Shown here one piece after another: positions 1 to 12,024 of a DNA stretch of 51,567 nt (position 1 is its first letter; every line of letters begins with the position of its first letter). The position numbers and the translations under genes are program-made. Below the pieces are notes generated by a model. The model saw only the letters and a program-made list of their open reading frames with translations. It searched no databases and had not been told where the DNA came from. Source of the stretch: Octopus bimaculoides. Lineage: Eukaryota. The stretch spans positions 78,578,919-78,630,485 of the forward strand of contig NC_068981.1 of assembly GCF_001194135.2 (NCBI RefSeq), given 5' to 3'.

Positions 1-68
1 ATAGAGTGTTAGTATGATATTGGCAAATTAACAATTTAAAAAATAAACAAATAAATAAAATAAAATGA

Positions 69-115
<47 letters not shown>

Positions 116-120
116 TACAT

Positions 121-350
121 ATCATCATCATCATCATCGTTTAATGTCCACTTTCCATGCTAGCATGGGTTGGACGATTTGACTGAGGACTGGTGAAACC
201 AGATGGCTACACCAGGCTCCAATCTGATTTGGCAGAGTTTCTACAGCTGGATGCCCTTCCTAACGCCAACCACTCCGAGAGTGTAGTGGGTGCTTTTACG
301 TGCTACCGGCACGAGGGTTAGTCACGCGGTACTGGCAACGACCTCGCTCT
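121..350 (-). mobile_element. SINE family 1 copy (RTE-like 3' tail ending in (GAT)n)
   Basis: Reverse complement of the motif aggaagggcatccagctgtagaaactctgccaaatcag...ccaacccatgctagcatggaaag...gttaaacgatgatgat, which recurs many times in the window. Confidence 0.85.
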
Positions 351-364
351 AATGTTTTGTTCAC

Positions 365-945
365 ATGTCACTGGCACATGTTTCACTGCCATGTATCATA
401 GCTGTTTGCACATAGGCATCACACAATCTGCCTTTCACTCTGAGGGAGAGGTCTTTTGTTGCCAGCAGAGGTAGGAACTCTCTGAACTTTGCCCAGCCTA
501 ATCTTATTCTCACACCTACACTCTTGGAGAATCACCTCTGCTATTAACTTGGTCACCTAGATAACAGAAGCTATCTCCCACCTCCAGCTTTCCCCCACCC
601 CTGATAGTTGATGGAACCTGTTTCTGTACATTTTCGGTGCCTGTGCATCTTCCACACACAAAATCTATTTTTCCTGTTAACCTTCCTCTGATATTGCTGC
701 ACCTCTTATATGTCCATAGCTTACACTGGATATATCTTATGGAGTTTCTACCTATGCCTTTTCTACAGATTGAACAGGGCCATCCACCTCAAGGGATTTG
801 TGATTTGTCTGCCTTCCTACTTACTAAGACTTTGGTTTTTGCTTGGTTAAATCTGAGGCCCTTCAATTCTAGACCTTCCTTCCATAACTGAAACTTCTTC
901 TCTAGTTCTGGTAGTGATTCAGCTATAAGAAAAAGGTCATTTGCA
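365..945 (-). mobile_element. RTE-clade LINE reverse-transcriptase fragment, degenerate
   Basis: ANDLFLIAESLPELEKKFQLWKEGLELKGLRFNQAKTKVLVSRK (post-YADD region), followed by remnants of the Cys-rich segment and the FCYLG motif. Confidence 0.85.
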
Positions 946-1089
946 TATATATGTATATATATATTTATACACGTGTATCTATTATTTGAAATGTTCAGTA
1001 TTATATATCCATCATGGTTGATATTACCAATCCATTTTATCACAAGGAACAGAATGCAGTATTAGTTAACAATCTGATTACATAACCTT

Positions 1090-1850
1090 ACAGTCATGCG
1101 AGCTCCTGAACACTCTGGTTGGATGGCAAAAACCTGGTTAAGGGCATCAGCAGCAGAATCTCCAGCTTATCTTCAGGCAAAGAGATCTTTCCTGCTACCA
1201 CCCCATACTACGACCAAGCTCTGGTTGCCAGTGCTTTCAAGGATAGTATTAGTTGCATGCCAGGCCCCTGCTCCCACAAGAGAAAGCACCACCCAAAAGT
1301 GTTGGGGTTCACACCACCTTTCTCTTTCAGTATTAAGACCAGAATAGGCAAGATCTTCCTTAGATTAGTTGATAAACACTTACCCCGTACAAATAGATTC
1401 AACAAAATATTTGATTGACATTTCCTGAGAATATCCATTAGCAGTGCACCTAATGTAAAAAGATTTTAGTAAGTAGGCCCATGCCTGAGGCAGAGGCAAG
1501 ATGCTCATGCATGGGTAACACAACATATCCACTGAACAGCCACTCTAACACAGAGACAGTTGTGTATGAAGCAGAGGTAATGTCCATAGGATCCAATGGG
1601 CAACCGGGCATGCAAAAGTATGTGGGGAAACAGAAGGCCCTTTCAGAACCCACTTTAACAACCACAAGTCCTCCTTCAACATCCCAGAGAGACACATCAC
1701 CACAACCCTGGCCAAGCACATTTGGTCTTTGAAAGAAAATGTCACAGAGTACAACATAAAGTGGAAGATCCTGGAGAAATGTAAATCGTACTTCAATAAC
1801 AGTAGGAAGTGTAGGTTGTGCTTGGCTGATTTTAAATAGCAGGAGTGAAG
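1090..1850 (+). mobile_element. Penelope-like element fragment: RT C-terminus plus GIY-YIG endonuclease, with frameshifts and stops
   Basis: Translated pieces LSSGKEIF..TTPYYDQAL, GFTPPFSFSIKTRIGKIFLRLVDKHLP..RFNKIF, CSC..YPLN..VVYEAEV..YVG, then TEGPFRTHFNNHKSSF..TLAKHIWSLKE..NIKWKILEKCKSY..RKCRLCL. These match the PLE RT-thumb and GIY-YIG layout. Confidence 0.85.
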
Positions 1851-2384
1851 TGTTTGATCCTTGCCCACATGAAATGGAGTACATTCTATCATACCTGCGC
1901 ACACCATCATGACTACAACTACAGGTCCCCGACCATGACCTTCCACCAATACCCTCGAGCCTGGAAAAGAGTCTGACCAGAGCATAACTCAATACATCCA
2001 TGTACACATGCGCACACCCCAACAAGGTGGACATCCAGCAAATAGACTGCCTTCCACCACCCCCATCATATACCCCTTCACACACATATTACACACCACA
2101 CACTAACAAAAATCCCCCACAACCTTAACCAATAGATATACATATGATACCACTACACATCACATACCGCATCCCCACAGGAGCACCACACTTAATAACG
2201 CACACATCTCCCACAAACACTTCAAGATATCTCTTACCGGCTGTACAGTGAATCTAACCAAGGAATATAACTCCTAACCTAATCCCCTGCCCTTTTTCAT
2301 TTCACCAACCTTTTCAGAGCAACTGCAAACCGGATGTGTCAATTCACCTCTGACAATAGAGAGCAGTCACCATATTCTCTTACA

Positions 2385-2486
2385 TATCAGCTAACTCTAA
2401 TGAGCATAAGGTTGTATAATTGGATTGTTATCTGATACTATATTGTATTCCTTGTGTGAAACCTATTGGTAAGATCAGCCATGATG
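2385..2486 (+). ncRNA. Degenerate type I hammerhead-ribozyme-like motif downstream of the PLE
   Basis: CUAAUGA (2397-2403, G5>A), stem II GCAUAAGG/CCUUGUGU (2404-2411 with 2450-2457), GAAAC at 2458-2462, possible AUC at 2474-2476. Stems I and III are imperfect. Confidence 0.4.
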
Positions 2487-3164
2487 GATACATATAATAC
2501 TGCACATTTTGGATATATATACAAGTGCATCTTTTCCCTGACTTATGGACTTTTAGACAACTCTCTCTCTATATATATATATCAGAGAATACTTACACCT
2601 TCAAAAAAAGGATATAAACATCAAAATTATGATCTTAACTTGAAGAATATTTTCTGGACTGAAAATGATTATCCAATAAGAACTTGAAATAGAGATTGTT
2701 CATGTCTGATTTAATGGACAACTCTATTTTAAACAACTCAGAGTTTATAAAAGAAATCATTAAAGGGCCATACTGAGGGATATCAAGTTAAGGCCCTGAA
2801 GAGACTGCACCATTTTATAGTAGGGTTGCAATTGCAATGGTTACAATTCAAACATGTGTTGGTCTTAAAAGGCAGTATATAATTATAGAAAATAGTCTAG
2901 TATCAGGGCATCTAAACTCCTGTAATGGAAAAAAATTGGCCTTAATACCTATTCTTTACTGTTTTCTGTTACAGGGGTTTATATGCCCTAAAATTTGACT
3001 ATTTTCTGTAGTCAATACACATTGAAGGTCTATAATTCTATTTATAAAATGTCAATCACCATTATTTTCTAATTCACCAGAATTTGCACATGTTTATGTT
3101 TTGTGTGTGTGTATATATATATATATATGTGTGTGTTTGTGTGTTTTCCATCTTATTCTTATAT

Positions 3165-3238
3165 GTCCCTGTAGCTCAGAGGATAACATTTTAGACTTTT
3201 AATCCAGAGGTTGTGGGTTCATATCCCACCATGAGTCA
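3165..3238 (+). pseudogene. Decayed tRNA-like sequence (tRNA pseudogene or SINE head), most like tRNA-Arg(TCT) and now reading TTT
   Basis: gtccctgtagctcagagg...ttagacttttaatccagaggttgtgggttcatatcccac. The T-arm gtggg/cccac is intact, the anticodon loop is CTTTTAA, and the acceptor stem does not pair well. Confidence 0.5.
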
Positions 3239-3598
3239 TTTACATTCATATGGTTGTATGTGTGTGTATATATGTGTGTGTGTGAGTGACTGGGAAGTGG
3301 AAAGTGATATTCAACACGTTCAATAGGTGTTGTGTGTATTTAATAACAGTGTGGCTCAGCTCCATGCAAATTTATTTAAATACACACACACACACTTATT
3401 CACTTACATACATACATTTATACATATCTATACGTACATGTACACACACATATCTGTGTAAATAGTCCAATAAGGTCAAAGAATCTTAAAACTTCAAAAA
3501 AAAAAACCCACACAAATATAGAAAGAGATGAAATGTTATTCCAACTTCCAAGAACGGCTTCTCCATACTTGTGACAAATGTTTTGATTTTCAGGTGAC

Positions 3599-4299
3599 NN
3601 NNNNNNNNNNNNNNNNNNNNNNNNNNNNNNNNNNNNNNNNNNNNNNNNNNNNNNNNNNNNNNNNNNNNNNNNNNNNNNNNNNNNNNNNNNNNNNNNNNNN
3701 NNNNNNNNNNNNNNNNNNNNNNNNNNNNNNNNNNNNNNNNNNNNNNNNNNNNNNNNNNNNNNNNNNNNNNNNNNNNNNNNNNNNNNNNNNNNNNNNNNNN
3801 NNNNNNNNNNNNNNNNNNNNNNNNNNNNNNNNNNNNNNNNNNNNNNNNNNNNNNNNNNNNNNNNNNNNNNNNNNNNNNNNNNNNNNNNNNNNNNNNNNNN
3901 NNNNNNNNNNNNNNNNNNNNNNNNNNNNNNNNNNNNNNNNNNNNNNNNNNNNNNNNNNNNNNNNNNNNNNNNNNNNNNNNNNNNNNNNNNNNNNNNNNNN
4001 NNNNNNNNNNNNNNNNNNNNNNNNNNNNNNNNNNNNNNNNNNNNNNNNNNNNNNNNNNNNNNNNNNNNNNNNNNNNNNNNNNNNNNNNNNNNNNNNNNNN
4101 NNNNNNNNNNNNNNNNNNNNNNNNNNNNNNNNNNNNNNNNNNNNNNNNNNNNNNNNNNNNNNNNNNNNNNNNNNNNNNNNNNNNNNNNNNNNNNNNNNNN
4201 NNNNNNNNNNNNNNNNNNNNNNNNNNNNNNNNNNNNNNNNNNNNNNNNNNNNNNNNNNNNNNNNNNNNNNNNNNNNNNNNNNNNNNNNNNNNNNNNNNN
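3599..4299. other. Assembly gap (others at 9310-9339, 17817-18372, 46067-47004, 49182-49574)
   Basis: Runs of N. Confidence 1.
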
Positions 4300-5179
4300 G
4301 ACTTACTTAGCAAAAGTAAAAATTGCCAACTTCCTAGTCCTTTTTTTAATTGCCTAGACATATATAGTTCTCACTTTCTCTGCCCTTTCTCTCTTCCAAT
4401 CACTTCCCCCCCTCTCTCCCTCTCTCTCTCTCTCTCAAGAAAAGAAACAGACATTTAAGTTGAAGGCTTGGGGCTCACAAAGGATTCCTTTTTTCTTTAG
4501 CATTTTTGATAAATCAACACCCACCCCTGCCCTGCCCCAGTAACACCACTATCTTTGTTTTTTTTTTTGATTTTTCTTTGCATTTCTTTTTGTTTTCAAT
4601 TTTTTTTGTTTCATTTTCTTGTTTCATCCTTATTTTTATTAATATTATGATTATTTCATCTTGACATTTTGTTTGGTTATATATTGCCATTCCTATCTAA
4701 AGTGTCACTTTGGCAGAAATTGACAGAGTACTAGATAAAAAAAATTATAATATTTAGCCATTTCCTGCCACTGTTGAATTTGCCTGTCATTCTTCTGGGT
4801 TTGATAAGTACACTACCCAAGTGTTGAAGTCAATTACATTGACTGTGCCCTTCCACTAAAATACAAGATTCTCTGCCTAAGGATTCATTTTCACAACAGA
4901 GTAGACTTTTATTTTTATGTATTTTATTTATACTTTTCAGGCTTCTTTTGTTATTTTTCCATTATTTTGTTAAGCTTAATTCCTTCTTGATTTATATTTC
5001 ATTGAGTTAATTTTCATAATTTTTATTTTGTGTATGTGTATTTTATTTTGCCTATTTTCTAAATTCTATGAAATATTTTAAGTTCTATAATATTTTGAAT
5101 ATATGTAATTTCTATCATTTTGTAAATTCGCTATTCTTCATTTTAGAACTATGTATGTGTGTGTCTGTACATTTATGTT

Positions 5180-5432
5180 TATATGGGAGAATTTACGAAA
5201 AAAACAACAACAGACGAGGACAGGTGGTGTAAACAACAAAAGGATGTATTAGTTTAACGCTCGGGAATAGAGAAAGTCTTTAACGTTTTGAGCTACGCTC
5301 TTCAACAGAAAGAATACGGAGAAAACAAGGAGAAAAACATGGAGAAAAAAAATTGAATGTTTTGGTCAGCAATCTATCATGGCGACTGCCGGACAGAAAG
5401 TTCGCACAGGAGAGCTAAGAAAAAGGGGAGAT
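5180..5432 (-). mobile_element. Probable solo pseudo-LTR of a Penelope-like element inserted in TA/GT microsatellite
   Basis: About 250 bp between microsatellites, containing a minimal hammerhead motif at 5277-5313 on the minus strand. Confidence 0.55.
5277..5313 (-). ncRNA. Minimal type I hammerhead variant (this copy has G12>A)
   Basis: Minus strand reads UCUUU-CUGUUGA-A-GAGC-GUA-GCUC-AAAA-CGU-U-AAAGA. It has a perfect 5-bp stem I, a 4-bp stem II and a palindromic ACGU stem III. Confidence 0.6.
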
Positions 5433-5594
5433 ATATATCTCTCTCTCTCATATATATATATATTTAGGCCATAAAAGCAAAGTGGCAGGTTTGGAAGGAT
5501 TCAAAGAATGTAGGCAGCAGGGAATTATATTATACCAAGTTGCTGGAAAAGTGACTTGGTGATGGGTGTATTTAGCACCGGGAGAAGTAGAAAG

Positions 5595-6700
5595 GAAGAT
5601 GTTTTCCTAATCTGTTGGTTGCTGCAGAAGCTAGTAGTAGATAAAGGATTGGTGAGAGCTATCCAAACCATGTACAGGGATGCTGTCAGTAAGGTGAGAG
5701 TTAACAATGAGTATAGGGATAAATTTAGTATGCAGGTAGTTCACCTGGGTTAGACTCTCAGTCCCCTCCTATTTATCATTGTCCTCCAGGCCTTAACAGA
5801 GGAGTTTAAGGTTGGCTGCCTGTGGAAACTCCTTTATGCTGTTGATCTTCTTCCAATATCCAAATTGGTAGCAAAATTAGAAAAGGAATTCCATTGTGGA
5901 TGTAAAATCTGGAATCAAAGGGCCTTAAAGTTAAATTAGAAAAGACCAAAGTCCTAGTAAGCAAGGAACCAGGTAATATGCTTATCCTTTCAGGAAAATA
6001 GCCCTGATAGTAATTCCATATGGTGTACCCAGTGCAAATTATAGACACATAAGTGCAGTGGAATCTCTGGAAGATTAACAAAGTAGACTTTGTTTGTGGT
6101 AGATGTGCAGAAGCAATAAACACTAGGAACACACAGGAAATAGATTTTCTTGAATGTCCATGAGGATTCTTAGAAGTGGTAGACAGTTTCTGTTACTTGG
6201 GTAATCTAATTAGCAGTGGAGAAGGAGGCTCTGTAGTTGTTAGGATATTCACCAGCTACAGAGAAGGCTTTTACTTCAGGCTGTAACAAAAGGTCTCTCT
6301 CTCAGGGTGAAAAGCAGATTGTATGGTGCTTGCATATGAACAGCATTGCTACATAGCAATAAAACATGGACTGTAAATGCAGAGGACATGCAAAGGCTAG
6401 AAAGAAATGTAGCTAGCATGTTGGGTTGGATGTGCAATGTCAGCTGTGTGCATGTATTACAAAATGCAAATGTGCTGAAAGAAAATTTGAGCATAAAAGG
6501 CTTTAGATGAAGAGTGCAAGAGAGAAGGTTGTGCTGATATATGATGCATATGGATGAAGACAGCTGCATAAAGAAATGCTGATAACTGAATGTAAAAGAT
6601 ACTTGTAGAAGAGTGGAGACCCAGGAAGACATGGGACAAAATAGTGAAGTCTGATCTTAGGTCATTGAGATGAAGGAAATGACAAAGGGTTGAGATGAAT
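5595..6700 (+). mobile_element. RTE-clade LINE 3' half, heavily disrupted
   Basis: LVRAIQTMYRDAVSKVRVNNEY..VHLG.TLSPLLFIIVLQALTEEFKVGC.WKLLYA.DL, plus later FCYLG and C-terminal remnants. Confidence 0.85.
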
Positions 6701-7844
6701 GGCAGCTTGTCATGTTCTACAAGAGTTATCTATCTCAGCAAAAAAAAAAATGAGATCCTAAAAGCATATCATCAATGTCTATACTATTTGCACCCAATCT
6801 GTATCTGTCAAACCCTCCTGGTTACTCCTCCTCGTAACACCCACCCTTTCGTCATATTTCTAATTAGAGCACTATTGCTCAGCTGCTGTAATTAAATGAG
6901 AGCTGAACTGCACATATTCCTTCCTTTTTTCATGCTATTGGTGAATCCTCTTCTTGGAACCACTCCCTCTTACCACCCATCCTACCGTCCCATGAAACAT
7001 GCTTCCAGTACACTCTACAAAGTGGTTTGGATTATGAGGGAGGCATCCAGCAATAGAAATCTTGTCAAAGCAGATGATAGAGACTAACATAGCTGTCATG
7101 CTAGTCAAATCCTGTCAAATCATCCAATCCATGCCAGCATGGAATACAAACATTAAACAATAATGATGAGGAAGATGATGATATACATTATAGGCATAGC
7201 AAATGGCACAAGTGTGGTAATTAGTGTAGATATGATATGTTAGCAGACACAGACATCGTTGTGTGTATGAGAAGCTTGCTTCCCAGCCACATCACTTTTT
7301 ACACAGCACAGTTAGACAAAGGCTGCCAAAGCTCAGATAGGATAGTGTGCAGAGTGTGAGCCATGCTATAGAAGTAATAAACACAGAAAATGTATTTTAA
7401 GTTACGTAAACCATTGTGTTTCAGTAAAATTACTATCTTTATGAAGTAAGGCAATTAGCCCAGTAGCATTACACAGTTCATCCACCTCCTCAGTATTCAC
7501 AGGAAAAATATTTTTCGTTATGAGCACTGAGGAGGTAATTTAATTCCATTACATTCTCTGGCCTATTGCCTTGCGTAATAATGATATTCATTTTACTGAA
7601 ACACATGTATGTTCTACAAAACTTAATACATTGTTTTATTATTACTATCTAGTGTATGTGTACACACATACACACACATGCATATTCATATGTATATATA
7701 AATATATACATACACACACACATATGTATATATAAATATACACACACACATGACAGAAGTAGACACTCTTATAATCATTAAAATTTATTTAATTCTGAAA
7801 ATATTGATTCAAATTATTTATTAATTATTATAATGTGACTATCT

Positions 7845-8420
7845 AATATTTAGTATACATGCCCTTTGCATTTTTTCAATGCAAGGATCCTATTAGGTAT
7901 GCTACTGATCAGATGAATATTATCTTGAGGAATTTCTTTTAAGCTTCATGAAGTCATCTCAAAAGATCCAGCTTTCAGGATGTTTTCTTGTTCTTTTTAT
8001 GATGTATCCTACCCATTATGCCCCAGAGGTGTTCAATAGAGTTCATATCTGGTGACTGGCTTAGCCATGGAAGCTTTTCAATGTCATTCTCTTCTAACCA
8101 ATTTTGGGTCTTTTTTTAATCTTTTGACCACTGGAGAAGATTAGAAGGAGTCTTCCCTCACACTCCACCTGCTCTGATCGACCATTGCTCCAAATTGCTC
8201 CCCAGACCATCAGAGAATAGTCGCTGTGTTTCATTGTTGGCTGCAACCTTTTCATGTCAAATTCTTGATCACAGAGTTTCCAGACCCACGCTTCACCACT
8301 ACCTGAAATTACAGCAAATCTGAACTCATCAGAGAACATGACAGTGTTCCAAAATGCTAGTGGCCTCTCCACCATCTCACTGGCCCAATCTTTTCTCCAC
8401 TTGATATTTACTTTTGTCAT
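7845..8420 (-). mobile_element. Tc1-family (DD34E) transposase remnant
   Basis: FWNTVMFSDEFRF..VWK..LQPTMKH..SLMVWGAI, then after a break LPWLSQSPDMNSIEHLWG, matching the Tc1 FSDE and WPxQSPDLNPIEHLW motifs. Confidence 0.85.
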
Positions 8421-8589
8421 GTTTGTGTATGTGTGTGTATATATATATATATATATATAAACAATATATGAGTATATGCATATATATGTACATGTGTGTA
8501 TATACCTTCATCCACATGTACACATAGATACATAACTGGGTACATGACGTGGCAAAAGAACATGGACAAAATGATAAACAAGGTACAAC

Positions 8590-9275
8590 AAACAAGCAAG
8601 CCACATAGAAACATCTCCTTCATCAGCTGCCACCATTAAAACACCGGCATTTCGAAGAATGAAGGCAGTACGCATCATTGAAATGGTTCTTCCCACGAAC
8701 ACAAATTAAATCATTTTTGTGGAGGATAGTGGCGGACGGAAAACAAGACAGGAAAATGAAACGGTGAATAAATATATATATATATAATACACACACACAC
8801 ACTCGTTACCAAGCAAGGTAATATTCCTCCACTCTTAAGCACACAAATAGCACAACGGCCATGATTTAATATTGCAAACAATACTACCTATATGAGGGTG
8901 GAGTCTGTTCACAGTGGTGAGATGATGTCTAGGAAAGGAGATGTAAACACACACACACATATACACACAACCATTCACATATATGATAAGCTTCTTTCAA
9001 TTTCTATTTACCAAATTTTCTTGCAACATTTTGGTTGGTTGTCTGGCGTTAGGAAGGGCATCCAGCTGTAGAAACTCTGCCAAATTAGATTGGAGCCTGG
9101 TGTAGCCATCCGGTTGCACCAGTCCTCAGTCAAATCGTCCAACCCATGCTAGCATGGAAAGCGGACGTTAAACGATGATGATGATGATGATGATATATAT
9201 ATATATTCGAAATGCCGGTGTTAAAACGGGGGTAGCTGATGAAGTAGAATGTTCTCTATGTGGCTTGTGTGTTTT
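8590..9275. repeat. Inverted pair of a short repeat (about 8590-8654 and 9207-9275)
   Basis: caagccacatagaaacatctccttcatcagctgcc..aaaacaccggcatttcga is the reverse complement of tcgaaatgccggtgtt..agctgatgaag..ctatgtggcttg. Confidence 0.8.
9041..9192 (+). mobile_element. SINE family 1, 3' portion, well preserved
   Basis: Near-identical to the reverse complement of 121-270. Ends in (GAT)n. Confidence 0.85.
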
Positions 9276-9347
9276 CTCGTCTATGTTTTGTTTGCAATGT
9301 CCTGTACCCNNNNNNNNNNNNNNNNNNNNNNNNNNNNNNTACTATTT

Positions 9348-9384
<37 letters not shown>

Positions 9385-12024
9385 TACATTGAAAAAAAGG
9401 AGGTTGCCAGAATTTTGGAAAGAAATTTTTTATTTATTTATTATTATTATCACTTTCATTTGTTTTCAAACTTGTCAAATTAAATTGTGAATGTACAAAC
9501 AGGTTGTTCATTTATATAAATCAGGTGTTTTTTTTTTTGTTTTGTTTAAAAGAGGAGAACATTATTTTTGTTTTTTGGGGTGAGGCTCTAGGACAATGGA
9601 GATAGATAGATAGATAGATGCATAGATAGGTAGAGAGAGGGAGGAGGAAGGGATTTCTTTTCAATTTGGCATGTATTTACCATTTATTTATTTAGTTATT
9701 TACCATTATATAGCTATTGACATGCCAGTAGCTATACAATGATAAATAACTAAATAAATAAATAGATAAATAAATGGTAAATACATGCCAAATCGAAAAG
9801 AAATCCCTTCCTCTCTCTACCTATCTGCCTGTCTATCTATCTATCTATCTACCTATCTATCTCTATTGTCCTGGAACCTCACCCAAAAGACAAAAACAAT
9901 GTTTTCCTCATCTAAACAAAACAAGAAGCCCCTGATTTATATAAATGAACAATTTTATCTGACAAGTTTGAAAGTGAACAAAAACGCTAATAATAAGGAA
10001 TAGATAAAAAATGCTTTCCAAAATTCTAGCAACCTCCTTTTTTCTCAATATACAATATCTGTACACCACTTCTAACACTCTATACATATATATATATATT
10101 TAGTTTCCCCAACTATATTGCATTGAGTTCAGTACCACTGTGCAACACCTCAAGCAAATGTCTTCTACTAGTGACTCAAGCCAACCAAAGTGTTGTAAAT
10201 TTGGTAACTGGCAACTGGAAGAAGCCTATCATACATTTATGATCACTATTTTATTTTAATCTCTTCCTAGCTCCACTCCATTCATTCCCACTCTCTCTTC
10301 TACAGTAAGAAACCTGTTCTGCTCTGGCCCCTTCTCTTGTACATTAAACCCTCCTCTCTTGTGTAAAATCACTTCTCTTGGGGGTTTGTAACCATGCAAG
10401 CTGCTTGGCAACTTCACTTGTGCTAGTGCCACAAGAAAAAGCATCCAGTACATGCTGCAAAGTGGCTGGGGTTAAGAAGAGCATCTAGCTGTAAAAAACA
10501 TGCCAAAATAGACAGAAAAGCACAATGCAGTCCTCAGGCCTGTTGAATCCTCTCAAATCATACAACCAAGTCCAGCATGGAACATAGATGTTAAACGATG
10601 ATGATATATATTAATGTAAAGAGCCAGAAGCAATACCTCTTAGCATTTTGTCCAACATGTTAACAGTTCAGCCAGTTTGCCAGCTTAGTGGACTATGGCA
10701 CTGGTTTGAGACTCCAGGCTCTTCAAAAGCATAGGTTCAAATTCCAACATTTAAAATGGAAGTTGAGTTCCAAACAAAATGACATTTTGCAGTTTTTAAT
10801 TAGATCATTTTTAATTGCTCAGCTGACATCCTACCAGAGCTGATATCAATTCTCATAGTCTCAGGCTCTATAAACTAGATGCTATTCAAGTACAATTTAA
10901 TTGCCACTACCTCCACTCTACATCATAGTTTCTTTTGTTTGTTTGTTTGTTTTTTCTTTTTTTTTTTGTTTGCCTTGTGCCATGTTATTTAATCTCAGCT
11001 TCCAATTAAAAACATTACACTTTACAAATTTCTGTCACAAATTTCAAATTTATTTCCCCGTACTATAATATAATTTTAACCTTTCCATGACCATATTTCT
11101 ATCTATATGGCTCAATTGATTTGGAAACAAACATATTACTTGGTGGGATTCAATTTACTACACTTTGTCATTATTAATTTGGTGTTTGGAATATAACTTA
11201 ATAAAAGGGTTTTACACAAAATTATAATGGAAAATTTAAATCTTAATATGAACAAGCATTTTTTATTACATACAGACAGAGGCAGGCTCAAGCAACTTAG
11301 TACCAAAAGTGATAATGGTTTATCAAGTAGATTTTTTTCCCTCTTATTCCTTTTAATGTGAAGTATATATAACACAACATAACAAGTTTTGCCACCAGCA
11401 TTGTTCTATAAAGGAGTGTATGGTATTAGTAAAGTATTTAGTTGGTAACAGGATTTTCTTGTTGTTGTCTATTTTTTTTTTTTTCTTTCCTAAGAAAAGC
11501 ATAGATTGCAGCTGGGATTGTCATTATTTTTATGAGCCCAAGTTTTAATATTTCTGCTTCTAAATCTTTGTATTTGGGATTGTTTTATGATGAAAAGTTT
11601 TTTGGTCCAAGTAAATAATGTATGTTATTACTGTTGCTATTGCTTAGCCCTAGATCAGGTTTGATTGGGCAGATCTATATATGTTAAAAGGCCTTCCAGT
11701 TGTGACCACCTCATCTTCATTTTAGTAATAGTGTATCTTCATTTTAGTAATAGTGTATCTAAGACATTATTCATTTAGTTTGCCTTTTTTAATATAATAG
11801 TCTATAATTTGAGAGAGATTTGGCTGCTATTTCTAACTTAAAGTTCCTTTCGACAAAGAGAAAAGATTTTTTTCCTTTTTTTCTTCTTTTTTCTTTTCAT
11901 TATTATTTCTAGAAATTGTCCCCGTGTCTTGTTGCTCTATCAACCTCAAGAATTCAAGTTAGGATTAAACCATCTTTTGCTATGAAATTTCCAAATATGT
12001 TTAAGATCTTCAAGTAGATATAGG

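Noticed and set aside
3486-4361. Long ORFs spanning N runs (also at 17625-18536, 46013-47145 and 49134-49613)
   Set aside because: Artefacts of translating assembly gaps as X.
11713-11760. 22-bp direct duplication (atcttcattttagtaatagtgt x2)
   Set aside because: An ordinary slippage duplication within an old repeat.
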